Below, one piece after another: positions 51,545 through 64,000 of a stretch of DNA of 64,000 bases. The stretch's first letter is position 1, and every line of letters starts with the position of its first letter. The DNA is from Phoronis australis (taxonomy: Eukaryota > Animalia > Phoronida): positions 675,552 to 739,551 of the forward strand of contig NMRA01000045.1 of assembly GCA_002633005.1 (NCBI GenBank). Reading direction: 5' to 3'. The position numbers and the translations under genes were made by a program. Under the pieces are notes generated by a model. It was not told the origin of the DNA and did not search any database. It saw nothing but the letters and a program-made list of their open reading frames with translations.

Positions 51545-53062
51545 ACAATAGACTATCTAGATTGGAAACCGCTGTAGTATGGAGTTGAAACTGTAGAGGG
51601 AAATTGGTGAGAATCAGCCCCACATTTATAACACAGAGCCAATGTAGATAGGACGCGTGAGAGGTATTATTGTTGTGTACAAATTCCTGTTGCGCGGAGC
51701 AATGAGCTATATATCTCATTGGTGTGGAGTACGCTGGTCGTGTAGACGGAGAGACGTCCTGAGTGTTACGAGACATTGTTCTAAGTTACATACTTATTGT
51801 CGAGTCGCCTGTTAGGTAGCTACAGTCACCTGATATGAACCCTTTGCTGGGACAAAGCGCGGTAAGTAGTCTGTGTATATAAGGCTAGCTTGGGGAGGTT
51901 CATACGCGGTCTGATCCGCACAGTTATTTAATTTGAGCTTCTGGCATAGCACTGAAGTTTGACACCTTGCCGAATTGCAGTACTCAAACATCAGGATACA
52001 GACCCGTGGCAAAAATTATTTGGGGGGGGGGGGCACAAACCAAGAGTCGACTTCGCCAAAACACACCCTTTCTATCTATTCTCTTTTTGTTCTCACCCTG
52101 TACCTTGTCCGCATCACGTTTGACCGCCATGCACAGACTTAGTCGTCACGCTCATAAAGGGCTGCGTAACCATTGAATTTAGCTGAGGGCTCCTTAATCT
52201 AAGATTGAGTAGTTATGCTCTTTGTTCTGATATTCGCTGGTCTCTCTTTTTTATGCTGCAGCCCAATATTAACCTTCTACTTGTGCTTCTATTTCCTGGT
52301 GACGCGTTCTTATATTTTTCTTTTTTCAGCTCTTCAACAATGCTGCAGTTTGCAGTACTTCTGGGCTTAGCCCCGCTTCCTCGACTCTTGTCGTGTTTTA
52401 GCTTTTGGCGTTGTGGATGTATCTAGCCTTATAAGTGCAATAACCATCCAAACTTATGTTATGATCAGGTGTGCTGTCATCTTCAAAATTATGAAGTCTG
52501 GTTTTGTTGCGTAACCGCGTGCACTTTTTCCAATTCGCTACTTTGATTTTTGACTCCTGGTTCCATTCTCGCGCGTTTCTCATAGCTTTAGGTTTGCTGG
52601 ATAGCCCTCTTTTTCTATCTTGAAATACCCGATCTACGCGAAGCGTTTCATTTAATCTCGATGTCCCAGGGCCTCCTTCTCCTTTTCCTTATGAACTGGA
52701 CACCCGGGCAGACCTTCTGTACCTGTATCACCTACCGAGCAGAATAGCGGGACATGACATGCACGTGTTTTACCCATTATGGCTACCATGGCCATTTAAT
52801 CGGATTGTGTATGACAAATCTCTGTATAATAGCACACAATAACCACCACGTACGCTGTATAACATATTTACATGCATATATATATATATATAGAACCATA
52901 ATGTTGAAATTGACTTCTTACCTAGTTTCTGGTCCGCCCATGTACAATTAATACTAGCTACTAGCTCCGTCATTATTTCGCGAAAAAACTTACACACTAT
53001 TTAATAAAGTCACTACCATGAATCGAGATGCACGGTGGGAACTTCCCCATAGCAGTCGATTT

Positions 53063-53111
53063 ACTCGCCTAAAGCGTTAGTCACACGACTCGCCTAAAGC
53101 GTTTGTCACAC
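53063..53111 (+). repeat. 25-bp tandem duplication
   Basis: actcgcctaaagcgtt(a/t)gtcacac twice. Confidence 0.9.
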
Positions 53112-53423
53112 TTGCCGATTGCATGAAATTAAAGGACAGGTTTTCAAACGGTATAAATAATTTTGATGGTCGACGAGGATTGTAAAGCATTATTTTCTTT
53201 TGAATAAAAGTGCTCTAGCAGTAACCAGTGTCATTTAATAGGCTAAAAGAGGGTTTAGTATCTTTTTAACGAAGTTCGTTATGGATGGAGATGCTACAGC
53301 CTGTCAAAAAGATGAGATTTTAAAGCACTTGCTGTTGAAAAATCGCAAATAGTTCCTTTGTGAGACTGAGAAAAGACCTCTGTGCAAAAGAAGAACTTAT
53401 AGTCCTTTGAAAGTGGACACCAG

Positions 53424-53851
53424 TGCCCGGTTGCATGAAACAGTCCCAAACAGGCACTCCGCTAGGCTCCCTAAATGTTTTGCAAATTTGTTTCGTTCTC
53501 TTCTCACAGATGTAACATTTATCTATCATTTTGTCTTCATTATGAGTTCTTCTTTGACTAATGACATTTTCTAACAATGTAGCTAAAAACTGAGCCCTTA
53601 ATTCAGTCAAAATAGGGACTTAGTCCTTAAATTAGGGGCTTTGCATGAAAAGATCCCTACTTATTTTCACTTGTATAGAGAATTTAACGTAGAGTTCACT
53701 CTCGATTTGTATCAAAGAAAAAAATGGCTTAGTAATAAAACTCAAATAGCATAAGAAATTACAATCGTTGTTTTCATAAGCCCACAAATACGCAGTAGAT
53801 TTAGGGAACTTAGTTGAGTTCCTTCTTGGGACTGTTCCATGCAACTGGGCA
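53424..53851. mobile_element. PIF/Harbinger MITE with CAG TSD
   Basis: cag|tgcccggttgcatgaaacagtcccaa..ttgggactgttccatgcaactgggca|cag. Confidence 0.8.
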
Positions 53852-54799
53852 CAGTGTTCTTACGACATGTCATCTACATCAAAGGTTCATTTTGTAAGAA
53901 GCTGGTTCATAGCATTCCATTATGTGGCTAATAGGTGGCGTAAAAACCAGACCTAAAATATTTGTGAATATTCCAGTAGAATTTCAAAAATATGTATATG
54001 CAAACATACACTTTGAGTACATGGGGACTTCTTGTTTCTTTCTGACCAGAATTAGATGCGCCACCGTGTGGCGTTACTGTTCATAAATTGTAAATGCCGC
54101 ATGATCATAAAAATTTTGCTCGTGTTTAGCCGTACTTTGTAATCGCGTTGCTTAGAGTGGGAAAACAATTGCCACTTCAGGATGTTATCATTTGATCTTA
54201 TGTTCCTTCTTGGGCGCTCTGTTTGTATTGTAAAGCACCAAGTGGTGGCATTTTGATAGTAAATAAAAAATCACCGAGTGTATGCGCATTTTTGGATACA
54301 GGTTACTTTTTATTTTGTGCCTTGGTCCGCAATGTTTTTGGTAAAAACTACGGATGTTATTCCTCACCCCTGTCAAAGATTACTTCCTGGATGAACTACA
54401 CGGAAAAGTATCAATCAATGATATTACAATAACATTTTTATACTTAATAAAGGAACTGGTATTTGCATTTGTTATAGTATTGACCGTAGTCACAATGACG
54501 TTTTCATTACGGGAAATAAAGGCCTTTCATGATCTTTTAATGGTAACGTTCCCTCGTCTGTCATAATCACTGGCACGGGGAAGTGTAATCAGTTTGACCT
54601 TAGGATGGAAGAGAGAAAGTAAGCTGTGAAAGTGATATCCTAACACCTGTGTGGATAGGGAGCAGTAGCATTCTTTAAAGCACTGGACGATCACTAAAGA
54701 AACAGGGATTTATAGCCTTCCGTCATACGTGTTACTTTCACACACCTGACAAACGTTGAACGTGTATGGTATTCGAAGCGTGTTGTCAAGAAATTAAGC

Positions 54800-54808
54800 A
54801 TGTCTATG
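54800..54808 (+). CDS. Chitinase putative first coding exon (MSM)
   Basis: aagcATGTCTATG|gtaagt; phase 0, joins the signal-peptide exon; weak TATA-like tttatag near 54709. Confidence 0.6.
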
Positions 54809-56066
54809 GTAAGTAACATTTACAGCTTCTTCGATTATATTTTTGTTGTGTCGAATTCCGATTTTTGAGAGTCGTACTTTTGAATATATAAAATTTGAGC
54901 AGATTGAATTACAGCACTTCTAACACTTCTGGTTTGTCTTTTTCGATTCTTAGTGCCTGAATCCTATAAATTTGTAGTTGGATATAATTATTATTTTTAA
55001 ATAATTAATGTATACCGTAGTGATAAAATAGTGGCACTGAACGTCATGCTTTGACGTTTGTCTTCAAACTACCATGTTTTCTTCTCCGGTAAAAACAAGG
55101 TGAGCTACCTAAGTAACGAAAGCTAAGCAATAATGATTTTGGTTACAATTTCTGAAATTTACACCTTCAGGCATTTCTACTGTTGACTGGACTAAGAGTC
55201 TTATTTTCCGTCCTCACCATCTAAGGCATTTTTAAAAGGACAAACTCGGGGCTATTTTTGGATATGGTTGACTTTTTAAATTTTTTTGCGAAAATAAAAG
55301 GAAAAGAAAAACAAATAAAAAATCGAAGTATTTGACGAAAAAAGATCAGAACCACTATTTAAAATTATGCCACTTAAAACGCTGCAAATTGTTTGTACTC
55401 CTTTCTCGACGTTTTGTCCGATACACATATTTCAAGTTAAATTTGTACACTGTGTACACTCAGTCTCATCAAACGCAGTTTATATAGTGAGCACCGAAAC
55501 ATACATATTGCTATATTTTTATGCTGAAATTTGATCGACAGGTGTTACAATTACTAGTGTACCTATACAGCAAATTCATTGAATAGTGAGCAACATTTTC
55601 ACCCAAAAGTAATGTTCCACTGGAAATTTATCTTGAAGTTCGTGATCATTTGTTGCTTGTGGAATTGTTGATGCATTTTCAGTATAGCCCCTCACTGGAG
55701 TCTAAGCTCTTATTGGTGAGAAATGTCAGAGTAAAGGTCTGAGTCATCAGTTGTTTAGTTTTTGACTGAGGTCAAACTTGCTGTGGCGTAAACAAAGTTG
55801 CTGCGGAGAACGCGAGCCGGGCTGCGCGTCTCCAAGATGGAGCTTGCTGTCTAGTAAGCACGTGGGGTTAAACAAATATTTTGATCTTTGATGCTACGGT
55901 AAAAACACCCCGATGTAGGCTTTAACATCGCTACCTACAGCTTATTTACTGAAACGTTCAATTTGTCCGAAATGACAAATCAAAAAACGATGAAAACACC
56001 TTATAAAACATCCATATCAGTCGGCATGTTCGTACTGGAGTTCAGCTATCATTTGATTTTTTGCAG

Positions 56067-56109
56067 ATACCAAGTGTTTTGCTGTTGGTGGCCGCCTCAT
56101 TTTTCTCGG
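56067..56109 (+). CDS. Chitinase signal-peptide exon
   Basis: ttttttgcag|IPSVLLLVAASFFS g|gtaagg; hydrophobic, phase 0 to 1, matches the next exon. Confidence 0.7.
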
Positions 56110-57937
56110 GTAAGGTTGTAATGCTACCAGATACATGCAAATAACAGTTAATTTAACTTTTATTTTTACAGGCGCAAGCATAAGCGTCAAACAGGTGAAC
56201 ATAAAACTGTTCATGCTCACAGCTGTACGTTTGATATTGCGCTAGCGGCTGATAGTGTTTAAAATTGTTGTCGGTGGTTTTGAATCCCGGTGCAGCACCT
56301 TTTTTCTTGTTTTTGAGAACCCAATTGCATGCAGGTAGCCTAACTGTGCCCGACCGTGATGCCTGTGTGTGGGTACGTTACAGAGTTCCAGCTATGGAAA
56401 GCCAAAGCGGAAAAATCCAGGACATATTTTCTATGCAAGATTTAAAACAGATCCAAACTTTAGTTTACTCTGCAGGACTAAAAAAATTCAAGACCAAAAT
56501 TTATTACGTCAGGATCGAAAACTTGACAAGTCAAATGAGGGCCGAAATTGACGCAGGAAAACTTTCATGCCAGCAGCCCTCTACTAGCCGACAATGACGA
56601 TCCGCTGTGTCTCTGTAATAATCAGTCGTATTCAAGTATAACGTGTCTAAGCTTACGTTGGCTTTTGTTGTAAAGAGTGGAAGAGACAACAGAAATTCAA
56701 CCTCAGTGTCACTGTCACGATAATATGATTGCGTCGGCGAGATATTGTTGAACGCCCAGCCCTTATGTACCTGGTACGACGTCAACACTTTGAAGGGTCA
56801 ATGCTTGCGGATGATCACCTGGTCTCCTGTCATGCAAATTTTCTGTCCTGGCCTAATAAATATTTGGTCCTGTCATGAAAAATTCTAGTTTTGAGTTGAT
56901 TTTCTTGGTCTTGCAGAAATTTTAATTCTTGAATAGAAAACGTGTCCTGAACTTTTTCAGCTTTGGCTTTATGTATCCAACATAATTATTGGACTGGACA
57001 CGCTCTGTCGGAACAATAGCCTACTGTTCCGACAGGCCTAAGGCCTATTCGTCAGTTTCCTTACGACGCTATTGTGAACATGTACAAAAGACCTGCTTGT
57101 GATAAAATCTGCAAAATTATACTTTTCCGTTTTGGCGACCGAGTCCGAAACTTTAAGACACTAGGCGGCGACATCTTAGGAATCATCGTAACCAGCTTTC
57201 CAGTCTAATCCATTCAAAACACGCCTTAAATCTTCGACTTAGTATACTTCAAAATACTTCTGAACGTGATATCACGTGATCCGCGTCGACAGTTCATTGC
57301 TGCTTCAGGCTGGGTAATTTGAGTCGTCAAGGCGAATCTAGGATGGTAAGGGGTACTCCAATTGTTGAGGGAATCTGTCTACATAGGCCCTGAAAACGGC
57401 ATACCTGCAGCGTCTTTTTATTTTTGGACGTGTCAGTGGGGGGAGGGGGATGGCTCGTGCCCCCAAAACCCGCTTTTGTGCCTGCCGTCATGGGATTTCC
57501 ATGCGATGTATGTATCCAAAAATCAATTCAAACCAAATGCTAAGATTAACGCTACTGTTTTGCTTTCGAAGAGCAAATACACCTGTGAAGAAAGATATTT
57601 TGTTTTTGATACCTGTCTTGACCTTTATTGACTGTACTATACTGATGATGATATCGAGGAATATCGAAACGTCGTAATATGAAGCACAGCGTCTTGTTTT
57701 TGTGGTTTAAATTTCTAACGTCAGAACATTGTGCACCTGGTTTTAAACTGAAAGATGATGGTCCTAAACTTTATTACACTGACGTGAACAATGGTGAAAA
57801 TCGAGTTTTGCGTAATCTTTTATGTTTTAGAACCATAGATAAATCATTGGCTGAAATTTTATTCAACAACTTTCAACAGGTTACTTTAGAGTAAGACCAG
57901 TTTAGTGAGGCTGATGAACTTATTATTTGGTTTACAG

Positions 57938-58144
57938 TGGTCCAGTTGGAAACCACAGTGGTTGATCACGACTACAAGATAATATGTTATTTCACGAACT
58001 GGGCCCGATATCGCAAACAGTGGGGCTATTATACAGTTGATGACATCAATCCGCATCTGTGCACGCATCTCATCTACTCCTTTGTCAAATTAGAAGACGC
58101 CAGCGGATCATGGGACCTCGCGACCACAGAGTGGCACGACAAAG
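57938..58144 (+). CDS. GH18 chitinase exon (CHIA/CHIT1-like), N-terminal part of catalytic barrel
   Basis: tacag|VVQLETTVVDHDYKIICYFTNWARYRKQWGYYTVDDINPHLCTHLIYSFVKL..TEWHDK|gtttgt. Confidence 0.93.
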
Positions 58145-61100
58145 GTTTGTGTTCCAGTTACGTATCATTGGACACGGCAAGGTGGTATTTCAAAGTCATG
58201 AAGAACTATCAAAAAATTCACATTTTGACCATCGTTACATCGCGAAAGCCAAATATGTTGCTTTGTCGTGGCGTCGCGGCGTTTATTTGTTTACACACTT
58301 TAGTAGGCCTACAGGTTGCATTTCTTGTCCGATCAACATTATGAAATTTTCATACAACGCTTGTCTCGTGAATAGCTCGAAGTCTCAGGATTTTTGTAAG
58401 AATTCTCCTGAAGACAGTCTGATAGCTGACTTTCAAGTTAGCTGCGCCATGTTGAAATTCACCAACACGACAGATGGCGCCACCTTCAAATCTCATGTAA
58501 TGCAGACCGGAGGTTTCAACCTAGTGGCATAGACAGTGTTTTAACACCTTTCTTGATATCATAATGCCGAAAAATGTTCACTGATGAGCAGTGAAATACA
58601 CTAATGGCTTTCAGAAAAAGGCAAACCTGTGAAATATCCTTAGATGAAGGTCATCATGTCCCATATATTTCCCACTGTGAGGACTGAAGAATCCGCGACT
58701 GCATAGTCGGTGGTTGAGACTGATATAGCGCCGGTAGAATTTCGATCCCAGCCGATGTCAAAAAGCTAATTTAGTCAATTCAACCTACTCAAACAGTGGG
58801 AGGGTTTGACAATGGGGTTTTTAACTTAATAAACCACTTTACTGAGTCGAGATTAAGATGGGACCACGGCTGTACGATTCCCCCTGATCTCTAGTTGATT
58901 GACCTCTTTAGACGTTGGCAGTATAAAATTTTTATGCAACATTTGTCTCATGAATAACCCGAAGCCTATTGTTTTTTTTTTGTGATGAATTGTTTCAGTA
59001 ACCACCAATTTTGGTGTATTCTCGCAAACTGCGTTATTGTTCAAGTATTTTGAGATTAGCTGTGTGGAGCGTAAGGCCAAATTTCTGACTTAGTCTCTTA
59101 CAAACTATGAGACGGGAAACTGTATGACTAAACGACAATCAAACAAAAAATGAGAGTGCCCAGAAGGTATCGAGGACTTATAGCAAATGACGATGTTTAT
59201 GCACGTTGCCAAGTTTTTAGTAATGACACCGGATGTTGACGACCCGATAGCCATCCCATAATTCATTTGAAGAATGACAACAGCGCCGAAGGTGAAATTC
59301 ACCGAATTAAAAGTGGTTTTTGAGATGGAAATGAAGCGGGTAGTGGTTCGTAGACGTAAGAATGTCACCAAGGAAGCTAGTGTGATTGTGTGCTCCGCTT
59401 GTATTACATGGCGATACCTCACGAAGCCTTGCGTGTTCTTGCAATTTCGCGAGATTCTCACCTCTGCAGAACACACGTCCAACACATGTAGTTTGATAGT
59501 GCTTGGGACCACACTCAATAAGCTCTCGGTGGGTCATTTTATGTGCCACGGAGCTAAATCAAATGATTGCTTCTTTAACACAGCTTTAACTCTATAAAAA
59601 TCCATACAAAGTCAAACATTCCAATGTTTCTTGATGTACTTTTTTCTGTTCCAGACACGTACAAAAAATTCAATGCCTACAAAGAGAAGAATTTGAAGTT
59701 GAAAANACGAACTGGGCCCGATATCGCAAACAGTGGGGCTATTATACAGTTGATGACATCAATCCGCATCTGTGCACGCATCTCATCTACTCCTTTGTCA
59801 AATTAGAAGACGCCAGCGGATCATGGGACCTCGCGACCACAGAGTGGCACGACAAAGGTTTGTGTTCCAGTTACGTATCATTGGTCACGGCTAGGTGGTA
59901 TTTTAAAGTCATGAAGAACTATCAACAAAATTCACATTTTGACCATCGTTACATCGCGAAAGCCAAATATGTTGCTTTGTCGTGGCGTCGCGGCGTTTGT
60001 TTGTTTACACACGTTAGGCCTACTACAGGTTGCATTTCTTGTCCGGTCAACATTATGAAATTTGCATACAACGCTTGTCTCGTGAATAGCTCGAAGTCTC
60101 AGGATTTTTGTGAGAATTCGCCTGAAGTCTGATAGCTGACTTTCAACTTAGCTGTGCCATATTGAAATTCACCAACACGCCAGACGGCGCCACCTTCAAA
60201 TCCCATGTAATGCAGACGGGAGGTTTCAACCTAGTGGCATAAACAGTGTTTTAACACCTTTCTTGATATCATAATGCCGGAAAATGTTCACTGATGAGCA
60301 GTGAAATACACTAATGGCTTTCAGAAAAAGGCAAACCTGTGAAATATCCCGGCTTAGATGAAGGTCATCATGTCCCATATATTTCCCACTGCGAGGACTG
60401 AAGAATCCGCGACTGCATAGTCGGTGGTTGAGACTGATAAAGCGGTAGAATTTCGATCCCAGCCGATGTCAAAAAGCTAATTTAGTCAATTTAACCTACT
60501 CAAAGAGTAGGAGGGTTTTACAATGGGGTTTTTAAATTAATAAACCACTTTACTGAGTCGAGATTAAGATGAAGTCGCTTTCTCGTTCTCATTACTCTCT
60601 ACAGAGCGCCAATAACTAGCAGTTGGTTTTCAGCTGGGACCATGGCTGTACGATTCCCACTGATCTCTAGTTGATTGACCTCTTTAGACGTTGGCAGTAT
60701 AAAATTTTTATACAACATTTGTCTCATGAATAACCCGAAGCCTATTGTTTTTTGATGAATTGTTTCAGTAACAACCAATTTTGGTGTATTCTCGCAAACT
60801 TCGTTTTTGTTCATTAAAAGTATTTTGAGATTAGCTGTGTGGAGCGTAAAGCCAAACTTCTGACTTAGTGGCTTACAAACTATGAGACAGAAAACAGTAT
60901 GACTAAACGACAATCAAACAAAAAATGAAAGTGCCCAGAAGGTATCGAGGACTTATAGCGAATAACAATGTTTATGCACGTTGCCAAGTTTTTAGTAATG
61001 ACACCGGATGTTGACGACCCGATAGCCATCCCATAATTCATTTTAAGAATGACAACAGCGCCGAAGGTGAAATTAACCGAATTAAAAGTGGTTTCTGAGA

Positions 61101-61480
61101 TGGAAATGAAGCGGGCAGTGGTTCGTAGACTTAAGAATGTCACCAAGGAAGCTAGTATGATCGTGTGCTCCGCTTGTATTACATGGCGATACCTCACGAT
61201 GCCTTGCGTGTTCTTGCAATTTCGCGAGATTCTCACCTCTGCAGAACACACGTCCGACACATGTAGTTTGATAGTGCTTGGGACCACACTCAATAAGCTC
61301 TCGGTGGGTCATATTATGTGCCACGGAGCTAAATCAAATGATCGCTTCTTCAACACAGCTTTAACTCTATAAAAATCCATACAAAGTCAAACATTCCAAT
61401 GTTTCTTGATATACTTTTTTCTGTTCCAGACACGTACAAAAAATTTAATGCCTACAAAGAGAAGAATTTGAAGTTGAAAA
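57994..61480 (+). repeat. Direct duplication 57994-59705 / 59707-61480 across a single N, probable haplotype-overlap assembly artefact
   Basis: Both copies break mid-exon exactly at N59706. Exonic parts are nearly identical; intronic parts differ by scattered SNPs and small indels. Confidence 0.9.
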
Positions 61481-61692
61481 CCTTGGTAGCTGTAGGCGGT
61501 TATAATCACGGCACGCTGAAGTTCACAAAGGTGTCGTCTAGTAGTGCCTCAAGGAAAACGTTCGCTGAAAATGCTGCTAAGTTTTTAAGAAAATACGATT
61601 TTGATGGTCTGGATTTGGATTGGGAGTTTCCGGGACACGAGGCCCATAAAAGTCCACCAGAAGACAAACAGAGATTTACGCTGCTGGCAAAG
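61430..61692 (+). CDS. GH18 chitinase exon with catalytic DxxDxDxE motif
   Basis: ccag|[57 protein letters not shown]|gttaat. Confidence 0.95.
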
Positions 61693-62349
61693 GTTAATAT
61701 TTTAATTCTGCCAAATTTATTCTAAAGCGATTGTTATCTCTTTTCAGGCAGTCTTAGTCAATTTCGTATATTTTACTTACTGTGAAAGGTATTTTGCAAC
61801 TGATTTTTTTAAAAGCGAAATTAACATTTCTTCATGTCACAGGTTTGACGTTATGAGTAAGTCGCACAGACCGCCTTTCACGGCTTTCTACTTGTGGCTC
61901 AGTCATCTGTTAGCTGAAAGCGAATGTTTTCTGATTGTTTCGGATGAGACGCATTCCACTTGAATGGGACCTATCCGTCTGTCTGTATAACCACCAATGC
62001 TGAGTGTGTACGGGTGCCAGCAGTTGAACCGTTACTGTATTTATTCTGTTGCCTGTTTCGGGCACCACCGCTCGAATCAAATTGTTATTCAGCGAGGCTG
62101 CAAGGCTGCAAAAGGGCGGGCGTTGCGGCTATTAAGCACAGAAACAGTATCAGAAAGAAAAAAAATGAGAACTCATGCCGATGAAAATGACAACTTCATT
62201 TTTCATTTAGTTACCCATTTAGTATAGTAAATTTTGATCTCATTGCCAAATCATGCAAATGGCTCAAGAGTAAATACTAGCAGTGGTGAAAATAGTGATT
62301 TTAAAAATTCTTACCATATAAATGTCATGGCTTCATTTCATGGTCCCAG

Positions 62350-62474
62350 GATCTTCGGGAGGCATTCGAAAAAGAGGCTAAAGAAAGCGGCAAACCGAGG
62401 CTCCTTCTTTCGGCTGCAGTCTCGTGCGGAAAGGAAATCATTGACGGCGGATATGAAATAGCGGAAATTAACAA
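62350..62474 (+). CDS. GH18 chitinase exon
   Basis: ccag|DLREAFEKEAKESGKPRLLLSAAVSCGKEIIDGGYEIAEIN|gtaagt. Confidence 0.93.
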
Positions 62475-62814
62475 GTAAGTATTCCCATTTGAAAAGCTAG
62501 AAAGCATTTATTCCCAATGCAAACTGATGTTATTATAACTTAAATCCTATACTCTAATGTTGTATACTAATGCATTCAATAAAGTGTATGTATTGTACTT
62601 GTTCTTGTCACGCATTGCGCAAAGCATTACCTAATCATTTCTCATTTTACTATGAGATCTGTAGAAAAGATAGATGACACTTATCCAGGTAGGATTTTCA
62701 AAATACATATCACAACTGACATCGTCAGCAAAGCAGTTTCTACAACAGAAAGCTTTTATTCCAATATATGCCACTCTGGCGTACACAAAATTCATTTCAT
62801 TTACATAATTTCAG

Positions 62815-62938
62815 GTACCTTGACTGGATAGGTCTCATGGCGTACGATTTGCACGGTCGTTGGAATAAGAAAACTGGAGCAAACGCTCCGCTTTATGGAA
62901 GAAGCGTCGAAAATGGTACTGAAGCCACCTTGAATGTG
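62815..62938 (+). CDS. GH18 chitinase exon; gene continues beyond the window
   Basis: ttcag|YLDWIGLMAYDLHGRWNKKTGANAPLYGRSVENGTEATLNV|gtatgt; MxYDLHGxW motif. Confidence 0.94.
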
Positions 62939-64000
62939 GTATGTTGATAGGAAACATGAATATGGTGTGTCAGATTTGACTGTTACACGATAGAGACATG
63001 TCAGGAACCGTTCACGCTTATCGTAGTCATTAGGAAGGGAGGAGGTGAAGATCTGCTACTGGCGTCGACGTTTTCGAGATAGAATATCATAGAGTTCAAC
63101 AAAGATTAACACTTTATTTATCACTTTTCATACTGGTAAAATGTGACAAAAGTTCGGACAGCCTTCCTCGAATGAATTTTTGTGTTTTATATGTATCTGA
63201 CTATCCTGATACTCCTAGCAATGCTTTAGGAACACAAGAAAATACGATTTACACTCTCAAACGCAGTCACGTCAAATGAACCGCGGGGCATATTTTGGTG
63301 CCACTCAGCAAACAAACAACGGCCAATAGCAGAAGTTTTGAACGTACCCCCTCCCGTACATGTGGAGTGTGTATCTGCTGGGGCATCAGAATTCATTGCA
63401 TGGAACAACACTGTGAGCGGGTTTTGTTCGCAGCTGTTTCAAAGGGACGGTCCACCGAGATTACGCAGCGACTCTCGCGGTATTCACCCACAATGCAGTA
63501 ATATCCGTCAAAAACTTCTGTGGTCTTGTCTTCGCTCCATTAGAATTTCTTTTGTTATTTGTTGGGGGGTCTTGCCTTTTTCAACTTTTCTCGACTGCAT
63601 CAAGTGCACAGGGCCTTCCTACGGAGCATCCTATCACAGAAATGGCTGATGAAATTCATATGAAGCTTCAGGATACTCTGCTATGTAGGACTTCTGTGAT
63701 TTTCATAAAGAATCAAAAGTTGTACAAAACGAAAACGAAATGATAATTTAGAAAATTTTATTCTTTTTTGAGAGGTCATCTTATGTATATATTTCAAACG
63801 AAATTTGGTCAGAGTGAAAAAAAATCTACAGGTTTTTCACTTTTTGAAAAAATTGTGCTTTTACTGAGTTTAAATCTATAGTTTTGTAGATATTTGGCAA
63901 AACACACAGACTTGTGGATAATATCCTGTATAACCTTAACGGCAACCCCAATAGACTTTTTAAAATCGTAACATTTTTGCAATCTTAACTCAGAAGCCAT

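Noticed and set aside
56172-56597. Extra chitinase exons or the 110 aa ORF in the intron
   Set aside because: Phases do not fit, the 56109-57938 join is already in frame, and there is no recognisable homology.
59105-59597. Overlapping 107-137 aa ORFs on both strands, repeated at 60880-61372
   Set aside because: They recur only because the segment is duplicated. They lie in a chitinase intron and show no recognisable domain.
59624-59857. Chimeric chitinase exon running across the N
   Set aside because: It joins the start of the later exon to the middle of the earlier exon exactly at an assembly N, so it is not treated as a real exon.

Overview
AT-rich, intron-rich eukaryotic (animal, probably invertebrate deuterostome; taxon is inference only) genomic DNA. 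The ORF track is mostly noise; the real genes are spliced. (1) 6..39668 (+): 3' part of a type IV diacylglycerol kinase gene (DGKzeta/iota, rdgA family). 16 core exons splice in phase through the catalytic domain ([15 protein letters not shown]), accessory domain, ankyrin repeats and C-terminal PDZ ligand ETAV. There are also three frame-symmetric cassette-like exons and two candidate small exons, then a possible ~4.3 kb 3'UTR. (2) 54800..>62938 (+): 5' part of a secreted GH18 chitinase with a signal peptide and intact FDGLDLDWE motif. A ~1.7 kb direct duplication across a single N is probably two haplotypes joined by the assembler. (3) Many TE remnants: a Sola3-like DNA transposon relic, Helentron-derived HINEs (one with six co-oriented CTCF-like motifs about 150 bp apart), Harbinger, Tc1/mariner, pogo and hAT MITEs, palindromes with outward-facing tRNA-like heads, and LINE fragments. 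No prokaryotic-type system, CRISPR array or rRNA is visible. All coordinates were read by eye.
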